NCBI GenBank assembly: GCA_031425015.1
Contig: JANPIM010000013.1
Location: 120,939 to 184,938 of the forward strand
Direction of reading: 5' to 3'
Source: Segetibacter sp.
Lineage (GTDB): Bacteria; Bacteroidota; Bacteroidia; Chitinophagales; Chitinophagaceae
Length of the DNA stretch: 64,000 nucleotides
The notes under the pieces are model-generated. The model did not search any database. It was not told where the DNA came from and saw nothing but the letters and a program-made list of their open reading frames with translations. This document shows positions 27,334 to 35,866 of this stretch, in pieces. The translations under genes were made by a program, and so were the position numbers. Within the stretch, counting starts at the first letter, position 1, and every line of letters starts with the position of its first letter.

Positions 27334-28458
27334 ATGACGATAGGAATTTTAAAAGAACCAACGGAAGAATCTAGAATATCGTTATTGCCTGAACAAGTAC
27401 AAGCTTTGGTGAAGAAGAATGTAGCATTATTGGTAGAAACAAATGCCGGTAATACTGCATTTGCAGACGACGCCTCCTACACTACGGCGGGTGCTACCAT
27501 CGCCAACCGCCAGCAGGTATTGCAACAAAGTGATGTGGTCCTTTCTATACAAATGCTTTCCACCGATGATGTGGCACAGTTGCAAGCGGGCAAAGTTGTC
27601 TTGGGTATTTATCAACCACTGTACAATGCAGCGGTCATCCAGCAATGGGCGGCTAAGGGAATCACCACTTTTAGCATGGATATGATCCCCCGCACTACAC
27701 GTGCCCAGAGTATGGACGTGCTGAGTAGCCAGGCCAATATCGCTGGTTACCGGGCGGTGTTGTTGGCAGCAAATACCTTCCCTAAATATTTTCCCATGTT
27801 TATGACTGCAGCGGGTACCATTCCCCCTGCCAAGGTGCTGATATTAGGTGCCGGTGTCGCTGGTTTGCAAGCCATTGCCACGGCCAGGAGGTTGGGAGCA
27901 GTAGTAGAAGTATTTGATACGCGTCCGGCTGTAAAAGAAGAGGTGATGAGCCTGGGTGCAAAGTTTGTGGAAGTGGAAGGAGCGGCCGATGCATCTACTG
28001 CAGGTGGGTATGCAGTGGAACAAACAGAAGAATACAAACTAAAACAGCAGCAGAGAATTGCGGACGCCATCGCGAAAGCAGATGTAGTAATTACGACAGC
28101 ACAAATTCCGGGCACGAAGGCGCCCATCTTAATTACCGAACCGATGCTGGCGAGTATGAAAGCAGGCTCCGTAATTATTGATATTGCTGCAGCTACCGGG
28201 GGCAATACACCGTTCACCAAAAACAATGAAACCGTGGTTTATAAAGGCGCCACCATCATTGGCAACAGTAACCTGCCTGCAGGCATGCCTTCAGACGCCA
28301 GTAAATTGTATGGAAAGAATATCCTGAATTTCCTTAACCTGATGATTGATAAGGAAGGTAAATGGAACCTGAATTGGGAGGATGATTTGGTGAAAGGGAC
28401 TTGCATCACCTTCGATGGCAATGTGGTGAATGACCGGGTGAGCGGATTGGTGGGTTGA
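27334..28458 (+). CDS. pntAA: NAD(P) transhydrogenase subunit alpha, part 1 (domain I)
   Basis: RAQSMDVLSSQANIAGY, GAGVAGLQAIATARRLGA, DVVITTAQIPG, DIAAATGGN. Confidence 0.95.
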   Translation: MTIGILKEPTEESRISLLPEQVQALVKKNVALLVETNAGNTAFADDASYTTAGATIANRQQVLQQSDVVLSIQMLSTDDVAQLQAGKVVLGIYQPLYNAAVIQQWAAKGITTFSMDMIPRTTRAQSMDVLSSQANIAGYRAVLLAANTFPKYFPMFMTAAGTIPPAKVLILGAGVAGLQAIATARRLGAVVEVFDTRPAVKEEVMSLGAKFVEVEGAADASTAGGYAVEQTEEYKLKQQQRIADAIAKADVVITTAQIPGTKAPILITEPMLASMKAGSVIIDIAAATGGNTPFTKNNETVVYKGATIIGNSNLPAGMPSDASKLYGKNILNFLNLMIDKEGKWNLNWEDDLVKGTCITFDGNVVNDRVSGLVG

Positions 28459-28569
28459 TCAGTGATTGGTGATCGGTTGAGTGGGTGATGGGTTGATGAG
28501 TTGATTGGTTGATTGGTTGATTGGTTGTAGGGTTAAGGTTGAAGAGTTGAGTGGTTGAAAAGTTGATTG
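28454..28569 (+). repeat. Degenerate 8-mer array (GTTGAnnn / TTGATTGG) directly after the pntAA stop
   Basis: gggttgatgagttgattggttgattggttgattggttgtagggttaaggttgaagagttgagtggttgaaaagttgattg. Confidence 0.8.
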
Positions 28570-28582
28570 TATGAATTGCATC

Positions 28583-29066
28583 CTGCAGTTGATGACGCTA
28601 TAGAAAACATGTGCTGATGCCGAAGTTGGCGTCCGCGCCAACTGCTATAGTTAACGACGGTAAATAAGTCAACATCACTCTTAGATCAAGAAGCAAAACT
28701 TAATAGAAGTTGAATAGTAGTGTTCGGTAAAAGTGAGTGACACAACGATGCTGAGGCCGCAGTTGGCGTCCGCGCCAACTGCTAGGCAAAGGTTATTAGG
28801 TGTAAAAGAAATTGCTTTCAAAGAAGCAAAATTTGGTAAAAAATGAAAAGTGAATTGCGGTACAAGTGAGTGACACAACGATGCCGCCATGAAAAGCAAA
28901 TGCTGATGGGCTGCAGTTGGCGTCCGCGCCAACTGCTATAGACAAAGGTTATTAGGTAAAAAGGGAATCGATTTCTAAGTAGCAAAAATTGGCAAAAGAT
29001 GAACTGTGGGTTGCTGTACAAGTGAGTGACACAACGATGCAGCCATGAAAAGCAAATGCCAGCTAC
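28583..29066 (+). repeat. BIME-like tandem triplication (~135-155-nt units): perfect hairpin + diverged linker + REP-like core
   Basis: Hairpin (GC)AGTTGGCG-TCCG-CGCCAACT(GC) at 28624, 28759, 28913; core AAGTGAGTGACACAACGATGC at 28731, 28864, 29020; linkers of units 2 and 3 are visibly homologous. Confidence 0.9.
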
Positions 29067-29093
29067 CTTAAAAAATTAAAAATAATTGACGTT

Positions 29094-29429
29094 ATGGTTT
29101 CAACAACACTGCACGAAATATTCAATTGGTTTAGCCTGAACATGGGCATGATGTACATCGTTATCCTGTCCATTTTTTTAGGAATAGAGGTGATAGGGCG
29201 TGTGCCAAGTGTGTTGCATACCCCGCTTATGAGTGGGGCAAATGCGATCCACGGCGTTGTGATCATTGGCGCCATCATCGTGATGGGTAGGGTAGAAGCG
29301 GACAACTACCTGGCACTTATTATTGGGTTTTTAGCGGTGGTGTTAGGCACGCTTAACGTGGTGGGCGGTTTCGTGGTGACCGACAGAATGCTGAGCATGT
29401 TCAATAAAAAGAAAGGAAAAAATAATTAA
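29094..29429 (+). CDS. pntAB: NAD(P) transhydrogenase subunit alpha, part 2 (membrane)
   Basis: VPSVLHTPLMSGANAIHG, NVVGGFVVTDRML.MF. Confidence 0.95.
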   Translation: MVSTTLHEIFNWFSLNMGMMYIVILSIFLGIEVIGRVPSVLHTPLMSGANAIHGVVIIGAIIVMGRVEADNYLALIIGFLAVVLGTLNVVGGFVVTDRMLSMFNKKKGKNN

Positions 29430-29447
29430 GCAAAAACAAGGCTGTTC

Positions 29448-30917
29448 ATGATTCTATTATCAATTATATATCTCATTGGGTCGGTTACTTTTATTTTGGG
29501 GCTAAAGATGCTGTCGCATCCTGAATCTGCAAAGCGCGGCAACCTGATTGCTGCTGCCGGCATGACCCTCGCCATTTTCGGAACCATCTTTCTGTACGAA
29601 GAAGCAGGCCAGAAGCTCGGTAATTTGACCTGGATATTTGGAGCACTTTTTATTGGAACCGTAATTGGTACAGTGGCTGCTCGCCGGGTAAAAATGACGG
29701 CAATGCCGGAGATGGTTAGTCTTTTTAATGGTATGGGTGGCGCCTGTGCAATGCTTATTTCTGTTCTTGAATTTAAGCATCTTATAGACCATGCCCCGGA
29801 AACATCTACCGGCTTTTTTCAGATTACTGCCAACATTGGTCACATGCATATGTTGATCGTAATTGCAGGTCTCGTTATTGGAAGTGTATCCTTCGCAGGC
29901 AGTATGATTGCATGGGGTAAACTAAACGGCAGCGTAAAAGATTTTACCTACAAAGGGCAGCAGTATGTCAACCTTTTTTTGCTGGCATTGCTCGTGCTTG
30001 GCTCTGCTTATTTTATTTACATCACACCGGCTACGGCACCAGGAAATGAAGCGGTGTTAGGCATTACCTCAATGCAGATTTATTTCTTCTACGGCATTGC
30101 CATTCTTTCTTTATTGTATGGGGTGATGTTTGTGTTTCCCATTGGCGGAGCTGACATGCCGGTTGTCATTTCACTGCTGAATTCCTTTACAGGTGTAGCT
30201 GCTGCATGTGGTGGATTTTTATACAACAACCAGGTGATGCTTACCGGTGGAATACTCGTAGGTGCTGCCGGTACTTTGCTCACCATCATGATGTGCAAAG
30301 CAATGAACCGAAGCCTGATGAATGTATTGCTAGGTGCCTTTGGTGGCAATGCAGCTACTTCGGGTGGTAACACAGATTCCGGTGGAACGTACAAAGAGAT
30401 TACGCTAACGGATAGTGCGGTTTTAATGAGCTATGCTAACAAGGTGATGATCGTACCGGGTTATGGTTTGGCGGTTGCACAGGCACAACACGTTTGTCAC
30501 GAGCTTGAGAAGTTGCTGGAAGAAAAAGGGGTTGAGGTGCAATATGCAATACATCCCGTAGCCGGACGGATGCCTGGGCATATGAACGTATTGCTTGCTG
30601 AAGCCGATGTGAGTTATGAAAAGTTGATGGAGATGGAACAAGCAAATGAAGTGTTTAATTCGTGCGATGTAGTATTGATACTCGGTGCCAATGATGTGGT
30701 AAATCCTGCTGCCAAAACAGATACGGCATCGCCCATTTATGGTATGCCCATTTTAGAAGTTGAGCAGGCCAAGCACGTGATTGTAAACAAACGAAGCATG
30801 AAACCGGGGTATGCCGGAATCGAGAATATGTTGTTTTTTCAACCGAAAACGTCAATGTTATTTGGTGATGCAAAGGGCGTATTGCAGAAGCTGGTAACGG
30901 AAATTAAAGCTTTATAG
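29448..30917 (+). CDS. pntB: NAD(P) transhydrogenase subunit beta
   Basis: MTAMPEMVSLFNGMGG, IGGADMPVVISLLNS, VPGYGLAVAQAQH, HPVAGRMPGHMNVLLAEA, GANDVVNPAA. Confidence 0.97.
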   Translation: MILLSIIYLIGSVTFILGLKMLSHPESAKRGNLIAAAGMTLAIFGTIFLYEEAGQKLGNLTWIFGALFIGTVIGTVAARRVKMTAMPEMVSLFNGMGGACAMLISVLEFKHLIDHAPETSTGFFQITANIGHMHMLIVIAGLVIGSVSFAGSMIAWGKLNGSVKDFTYKGQQYVNLFLLALLVLGSAYFIYITPATAPGNEAVLGITSMQIYFFYGIAILSLLYGVMFVFPIGGADMPVVISLLNSFTGVAAACGGFLYNNQVMLTGGILVGAAGTLLTIMMCKAMNRSLMNVLLGAFGGNAATSGGNTDSGGTYKEITLTDSAVLMSYANKVMIVPGYGLAVAQAQHVCHELEKLLEEKGVEVQYAIHPVAGRMPGHMNVLLAEADVSYEKLMEMEQANEVFNSCDVVLILGANDVVNPAAKTDTASPIYGMPILEVEQAKHVIVNKRSMKPGYAGIENMLFFQPKTSMLFGDAKGVLQKLVTEIKAL

Positions 30918-30997
30918 ATTTCCAGTAAAGCTTCAATGATCAACTTTATAATTCGATTTTATTGTGGGCCAGCAAAGGAACATGGATGGAGCTTTTC

Positions 30998-31016
30998 TTG
31001 CGTCGCACTCTTGTAC
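30998..31016 (-). repeat. REP-like dispersed element copy
   Basis: Reverse complement GTACAAGAGTGCGACGCAA. Confidence 0.75.
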
Positions 31017-31064
31017 GGATAATCTCTATTCAACTTTTTCTATGCTTTGTTTTTGGTAAGAATT

Positions 31065-31290
31065 AACGCAAAGGCGCAAAGGAATTCCACCCAAAGGAGC
31101 AGAGGAAAGCCTCTTTATATTGTTCTTTGCGTCTTTGCTCCTTTTGATTTCTTTGCGTGAAATTGTACCTGTCGCAATGGGGCGAAAATGATTTCACGCA
31201 AAGGCGCAAAGTGAAGCACGCAAAGGCGCAAAGAAAAACCTCTAGATATGGTTCTTTGCATCTTTGCTCCTTTGCGTCTTTGCGTGAAAT
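31065..31290. repeat. Two tandem ~100-nt inverted-repeat (hairpin) elements built from CGCAAAGG/CTTTGCGT octamers
   Basis: Element 2: ATTTCACGCAAAGGCGCAAAG (31191) ... CTTTGCGTCTTTGCGTGAAAT (31290), 20/21 complementary. Element 1 (31065-31163) is a diverged duplicate. Confidence 0.85.
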
Positions 31291-31349
31291 TTTAATGAAC
31301 CTAGAGCAAATTGTTTCGTACGTCACCTTTGGGAATTATTCTTCGCAAC

Positions 31350-31390
31350 TAAACTTCAAACCCTAAACCCTAAACCCCAACCCCAAACTC
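31350..31390 (-). repeat. Degenerate heptamer array after the ALDH stop
   Basis: aaactt caaaccc taaaccc taaaccc caacccc aaactc. Confidence 0.7.
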
Positions 31391-32849
31391 ACAACTCCAC
31401 ACACACATTCTTTGCTTCCGTAAAAAACCGCAGCGCTTCCCAACCGCCTTCACGGCCAACGCCGCTGTTTTTTGTGCCGCCAAAAGGTGTACGCAAATCC
31501 CGAACAAGCCAACAGTTCACCCAGATGATTCCTGCTTCCACTTTCGCTGCTACACGGTTGGCCCTGCCAATGTCTTGCGACCAAATCGTAGCCGCTAATC
31601 CGTAATGGCAGGCATTGGCTAATTGCAATGCTTCCGCTTCAGTTGTAAATGATTGTAGCGTAACAACCGGTCCAAATATTTCATCCATGTTGGTGCTGCA
31701 GTCAGGCCCCAATCCTTCTATAATCGTTGGCTTAATAAACAATCCGTTAGCACAACGACCTTCTAATTTTACTGCTTTTCCACCAGTCAATATTGTTCCG
31801 CCTTCCTGCTTTGCCACTTCTATGCAGTTTATTACTTTATCGAAATGCAGCTTACTCACAACTGCTCCTTGTTTTGAAGTTTCATCCATTGGATCACCGA
31901 CCGTAAGCTCCCTTGTTCGTGCTACAAACTCAGCTTTAAATTTTTCGTAAATACTTTCTTCCACCAGTATTCTACTACCGCATAAACAGATTTGTCCCTG
32001 GTTGCTAAAAGATGATCGCAAGGTTGCTTCCATCATTTTGTTCCAATCGCAATCAGCAAAAATGATGTTGGGATTTTTTCCACCCAACTCCAATGATAAC
32101 TTCTTAAACTTTGGTGCAGCAATGGACGCAATGCGCTCACCTGCACGTGTACTTCCCGTAAAAGAAATGGCTTTTATTGCCGGATGCGAAACAATTACTT
32201 CGCCCACGCCTGGCCCGGTTCCATGAACGATGTTCAATACGCCATCCGGCAAGCCTGCTTCTTTGCAAATCTTTGCGAGTAGATAAGCCGTGACCGGCGT
32301 TACTTCCGAAGGTTTTGCAACCACGCAATTACCGGCTGCCAAAGCCGGCGCTATCTTCCATGTAAAAAGGTATAAGGGTAAATTCCACGGCGAGATACAT
32401 CCAACAATACCAATCGGCTGGCGTAACGTATAGTTGATCGCCTTGTCTTCCATGTGGTGACTCTCTGTACTAAAGTGCATAATACCCGTTGCAAAAAACC
32501 GGAAGTTGGCAGATGCTCTTGGTATGTCAACACGTTTACTCAGCCATAGTGGTTTGCCATTGTCAGTTGTTTCGGCTATCGCTAACGCATCTAAGTTTTC
32601 ATCGATCAGTTCTGCAATCTTATTCAAAATCTTAAACCGCTCTTCAGCCGCCATCACTGACCAAACAGGGAAAGCTTGCTTAGCTGCGTTCACGGCCAGC
32701 TCTACATCTTTCTCATTGCTGTCAGGTGTATTAGAAAAAACTTCACCCGTCGCTGGATTAATGTTCTCCAAATACTTTCCACTCAGCGGCCCAATTAAAT
32801 TGCCACCTATGTAGTTCTCGAGGTAGAATGGAATAGAGAGGGATGGCAT
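31389..32849 (-). CDS. Aldehyde dehydrogenase, likely 2-aminomuconate-6-semialdehyde dehydrogenase (NbaE/AmnC/ALDH8A1-like)
   Basis: SPWNLPLYLFTWKIAPALAAGN, FTGST..G, LELGGKNP, FSNQGQICLCGSRI, DEIFGPV; adjacent to nbaC/nbaD. Confidence 0.88.
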   Translation of the reverse strand: MPSLSIPFYLENYIGGNLIGPLSGKYLENINPATGEVFSNTPDSNEKDVELAVNAAKQAFPVWSVMAAEERFKILNKIAELIDENLDALAIAETTDNGKPLWLSKRVDIPRASANFRFFATGIMHFSTESHHMEDKAINYTLRQPIGIVGCISPWNLPLYLFTWKIAPALAAGNCVVAKPSEVTPVTAYLLAKICKEAGLPDGVLNIVHGTGPGVGEVIVSHPAIKAISFTGSTRAGERIASIAAPKFKKLSLELGGKNPNIIFADCDWNKMMEATLRSSFSNQGQICLCGSRILVEESIYEKFKAEFVARTRELTVGDPMDETSKQGAVVSKLHFDKVINCIEVAKQEGGTILTGGKAVKLEGRCANGLFIKPTIIEGLGPDCSTNMDEIFGPVVTLQSFTTEAEALQLANACHYGLAATIWSQDIGRANRVAAKVEAGIIWVNCWLVRDLRTPFGGTKNSGVGREGGWEALRFFTEAKNVCVEL

Positions 32850-33000
32850 GTTTGAAGTTTGAAGTTTGAGGTTTGAAGAAAGATGTTTCTAGTATCTAGT
32901 TTAAGGTTCGAGGTTATTTCTGTAGAAAGCGACAGCAGGTAAATATTTAAATCAATGTTTGTGCTTGTCAACTTCAAACTTTAAACATCAAACTTCAAAC
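32850..33000. repeat. Inverted heptamer arrays (GTTTGAA vs TTCAAAC) bracketing about 90 nt between SDR and ALDH
   Basis: tttgaagtttgaagtttgaggtttgaag (32851-32878) ... cttcaaactttaaacatcaaacttcaaac (32972-33000). Confidence 0.8.
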
Positions 33001-33004
33001 GGCG

Positions 33005-33790
33005 TTAAATGCTTCCTGTCCTCCCACCATCCACCGCTATACTTACGCCATTAACATAAGCCGCTGCCGGCGATGCTAGGAATGCGGCAACGGTAGCAAT
33101 TTCTTCCGCTTCAGCAAAGCGTTTTGCTGGTATCTCATGCATCATTTCTTCTTCAACCTTATCTATCGTTTGCTGCTTCTTATTTGCGTTGTTCGATATA
33201 ATGGTTTCTAATCTTTTTGTCTTGGTAGCGCCCGGTAACACATTGTTGACCGTTATGCCAAACTGTGCCAATTCATTACTCATAGTTTTAGCCCATGAAG
33301 CCACCGCTCCACGAATGGTGTTGGATACGCCCAGGTTTTTCAAGGGTATCTTTACTGAAGTAGATACAACGTTAATGATCCTTCCAAAACCAGCTTCTTT
33401 CATGAACGGGATAACTGCCTTTGCAAGGATATGATTGCAAATAAGATGTTGATTGAAGGCAGCAATAAAGTCTTCCTCTTTTGCTTCCACAATCGGTCCC
33501 GCAGCAGGGCCACCTGTATTATTCACCAGTATATGCACTGCATGGTTTTCTGCATGCGCTTCAATGGCTGCTTTCACTTCATCGGGCTTAGAAAAATCGG
33601 CTACCAGCATCTGGTGGTTTTGCATTAGAGAGGTGTCTAGATGAAGCAATGCTTCTTCCAGCGATTGTTGATTGCGCGCCATTAAGGTGCAACTGGCACC
33701 CATTAATGCAAGCTCTTGTGCAATGGCTAATCCGATACCTTGTGTACTGCCACAAACAACTGCATTTCTGCCTTCAAGTGATAAGTTCAT
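33005..33790 (-). CDS. Short-chain dehydrogenase/reductase (SDR) of unknown substrate, cotranscribed with ALDH
   Basis: CGSTQGIG (TGxxxGxG-like), NNTGGP, atypical active-site segment SNTIRGAV in place of YxxxK, NNVLPG.T.T.R. Confidence 0.85.
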   Translation of the reverse strand: MNLSLEGRNAVVCGSTQGIGLAIAQELALMGASCTLMARNQQSLEEALLHLDTSLMQNHQMLVADFSKPDEVKAAIEAHAENHAVHILVNNTGGPAAGPIVEAKEEDFIAAFNQHLICNHILAKAVIPFMKEAGFGRIINVVSTSVKIPLKNLGVSNTIRGAVASWAKTMSNELAQFGITVNNVLPGATKTKRLETIISNNANKKQQTIDKVEEEMMHEIPAKRFAEAEEIATVAAFLASPAAAYVNGVSIAVDGGRTGSI

Positions 33791-33797
33791 ATACCCT

Positions 33798-33805
33798 CAA
33801 ACTTA
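33798..33805 (-). promoter_or_regulatory. -7 promoter element immediately upstream of the SDR ATG (possibly leaderless mRNA)
   Basis: TAAGTTTG on the minus strand, 7 nt before the ATG at 33790. Confidence 0.55.
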
Positions 33806-33869
33806 GTCAGATTTGCTGTAATTTGGCCAGGTTTCCATGTCATAACATCTTCACCTAAAACATTTGCAC

Positions 33870-34403
33870 ATGCCAGTAGCTTCCCCATTTAACCTAAAGG
33901 GTTGGATAAATGAACATCGTAATCTTTTAAAACCACCGGTTGGTAATCAATGCGTTTATAAGGATGCAGAAAATTTTATAGTGATGGTTGTGGGCGGCCC
34001 GAATGCACGCAAAGATTATCACTACAATGAAAGTGAAGAATTGTACTACCAGGTAGAGGGAAATATTGTGTTGAAGATTATTGATGAGGGTACGCCACGT
34101 GATATTCCCATCAACGAAGGCGACATGTTTTTACTTCCGCCACAAACGCCACACTCACCCCAGCGCCCAGCAAATACCGTTGGCTTAGTCATAGAAAAAA
34201 AACGTGAAGACGAGGAAAATGAGAAAGATGCATTCATGTGGTTCTGCGAAAATTGCGGCAATAAGTTGTACGAAGAATTTGCTTTCGTCAGCGATATTGT
34301 ACAACAGCTTCCGCCTATAATGGAGAAGTTTTATTCGAATGAATCATTGCGGACTTGTGATAAGTGCGGGGTGGTGATGGAGCCTCCAATTAAAAAAGAT
34401 TAG
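33870..34403 (+). CDS. nbaC: 3-hydroxyanthranilate 3,4-dioxygenase
   Basis: LLKPPVGN, VVGGPNARKDYH.NE.EE, PHSPQR, WFCENC...CDKCG (rubredoxin-like site). Confidence 0.96.
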   Translation: MPVASPFNLKGWINEHRNLLKPPVGNQCVYKDAENFIVMVVGGPNARKDYHYNESEELYYQVEGNIVLKIIDEGTPRDIPINEGDMFLLPPQTPHSPQRPANTVGLVIEKKREDEENEKDAFMWFCENCGNKLYEEFAFVSDIVQQLPPIMEKFYSNESLRTCDKCGVVMEPPIKKD

Positions 34404-34862
34404 AACGCAGATTTTTATGATTGTGATGATTAAAATGATTTTATGGACACTTATTTACACTCTGATATCACATCGTTAATAATAAAAGGGTTCTATACAG
34501 TTTATAATAGACTTGGTTATGGTTTTCTTGAAAAGGTTTATGAAAATGCGCTGCTATTTGAACTTAGAAAACAGGGATTAGTTTGTCAACCACAGCTGCA
34601 GGTCAAAGTTTTTTATGATGAGGTTCAAGTTGGTTATTACGTAGCTGATATGATAGTTAATGACAAAGTTATTGTAGAAATTAAAGCCGCTGAAGCTTTA
34701 TGTGAAGAACATGAAGCACAGCTTGTGAATTATTTGAGAGCAACAAATATAGACGTAGGAATACTTTTGAATTTCGGTAAGAAAGCAGAGCTGAAAAGAA
34801 AGGTGTTCTCATCTTAATTCAAAAATCATAACGCATCATCAGAATCATAAAAATCTGCGTTC
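34403..34862. mobile_element. Putative inverted-repeat-bounded GxxExxY cassette inserted between nbaC and nbaD
   Basis: GAACGCAGATTTTTATGATTGTGATGAT (34403-34430) vs ATCATCAGAATCATAAAAATCTGCGTTC (34835-34862), 27/28 complementary. Mobility is inferred, not shown. Confidence 0.55.
34443..34817 (+). CDS. GxxExxY protein (PD-(D/E)XK-like)
   Basis: LGYGFLEKVYENAL (GxxExxY), ADMIVNDKVIVEIKA, QLVNYL, GILLNFG. Confidence 0.92.
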   Translation: MDTYLHSDITSLIIKGFYTVYNRLGYGFLEKVYENALLFELRKQGLVCQPQLQVKVFYDEVQVGYYVADMIVNDKVIVEIKAAEALCEEHEAQLVNYLRATNIDVGILLNFGKKAELKRKVFSS

Positions 34863-34872
34863 CAATACAATA

Positions 34873-35859
34873 ATGAAAATCGACATCCACACCCACATCA
34901 TGCCGGAGCATATGCCTAACTGGACAAGAAAGTTTGGCTACGGCGAGTTTATTCATTTGGAGCATCGCAACTGCGAGGCTTGCATGATGAAAGGTGATAA
35001 GCTATTTCGGGTAGTGGAACCGAATTGTTTTAAAGCTGAGGTGCGGATAAAAGACATGGACGAAACAGAGGTATCCATGCAGGTGCTTTCAACTATCCCG
35101 GTGCTTTTTAATTATTGGGCGAATGCAAATGATGGACATGAAACGGCGCGTTTTTTAAATGATCACCTTGCTGAAGAAGTTTATAAGGCACCCGATCGCT
35201 TCATAGGTATTGGCACAGTTCCGTTACAGGATATTGATTTGTCGATAAAAGAAATGGAGCGGTGTATGCACGAATTGAAAATGCCTGGTCTGGAAATTGG
35301 CTCCAACATCAACGGCAAAAATCTAAGCGATCCATCTTTCTTTCCTTTTTATGAAGCTGCAGAAAAAATGGGATGCGCCTTATTTGTTCATCCGTGGGAA
35401 ATGATGGGAGAGGACCAGATGCAAAAATACTGGCTGCCCTGGTTGGTAGGAATGCCTGCTGAAACTACACGTGCCATCTGCTCAATGATTTTTGGTGGCG
35501 TGTTTGAAAAGTTTTCAAAGTTGCGCGTAGCCTTTGCACACGGTGGCGGATCATTTCCGTATACCCTGGGCCGAATAGAACATGGCTTTGATGTTCGACC
35601 TGATTTGGTAGCCGTTGATAATTCAAACTCGCCGCGCAGTTATCTTGGCAAGTTTTGGGTGGATAGCCTTGTTCACGACCCTAAAACTCTTCATTATTTA
35701 TTGGATGTAATGGGTGATGATAAAGTTTGTCTCGGTAGCGATTACCCTTTTCCTCTGGGGGAGCACCGTCCCGGCAAATTGATCCAGGAAATGAACATCG
35801 GGCAACAGGTGAAAGAAAAATTATGGTATCAAAATGCGAAGAATTGGCTGGGCTTATAA
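34873..35859 (+). CDS. nbaD: 2-amino-3-carboxymuconate-6-semialdehyde decarboxylase (ACMSD, amidohydrolase 2 family)
   Basis: IDIHTH, FVHPW.MMG, WLPWLVGMPAET, AHGGGSFP..LGR..HG, LGSDYPFPLGE. Confidence 0.93.
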   Translation: MKIDIHTHIMPEHMPNWTRKFGYGEFIHLEHRNCEACMMKGDKLFRVVEPNCFKAEVRIKDMDETEVSMQVLSTIPVLFNYWANANDGHETARFLNDHLAEEVYKAPDRFIGIGTVPLQDIDLSIKEMERCMHELKMPGLEIGSNINGKNLSDPSFFPFYEAAEKMGCALFVHPWEMMGEDQMQKYWLPWLVGMPAETTRAICSMIFGGVFEKFSKLRVAFAHGGGSFPYTLGRIEHGFDVRPDLVAVDNSNSPRSYLGKFWVDSLVHDPKTLHYLLDVMGDDKVCLGSDYPFPLGEHRPGKLIQEMNIGQQVKEKLWYQNAKNWLGL

Positions 35860-35866
35860 ACATTTC

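Noticed and set aside
28459-28932. Minus-strand ORFs starting MARTPT (60 and 83 aa)
   Set aside because: The identical N-termini come from the repeated hairpin; the low-complexity remainder comes from 8-mer arrays; antisense to the pnt operon
28600-29066. CRISPR array (palindromic repeats at regular spacing)
   Set aside because: Only three units; spacers are about 110-130 nt and homologous to each other; two different repeats alternate; no cas genes in the window
31063-31366. Short ORFs of 87 and 69 aa between pntB and ALDH
   Set aside because: They are translations of the CGCAAAG/CTTTGCG repeats
31350-31390. Plant-type telomeric repeat (AAACCCT)n
   Set aside because: Only two exact units within a degenerate heptamer array of the same class seen at other intergenic sites; context is clearly bacterial
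34403-34862. Classical IS element
   Set aside because: No DDE or HUH transposase ORF and no target-site duplication; kept only as a putative non-classical cassette
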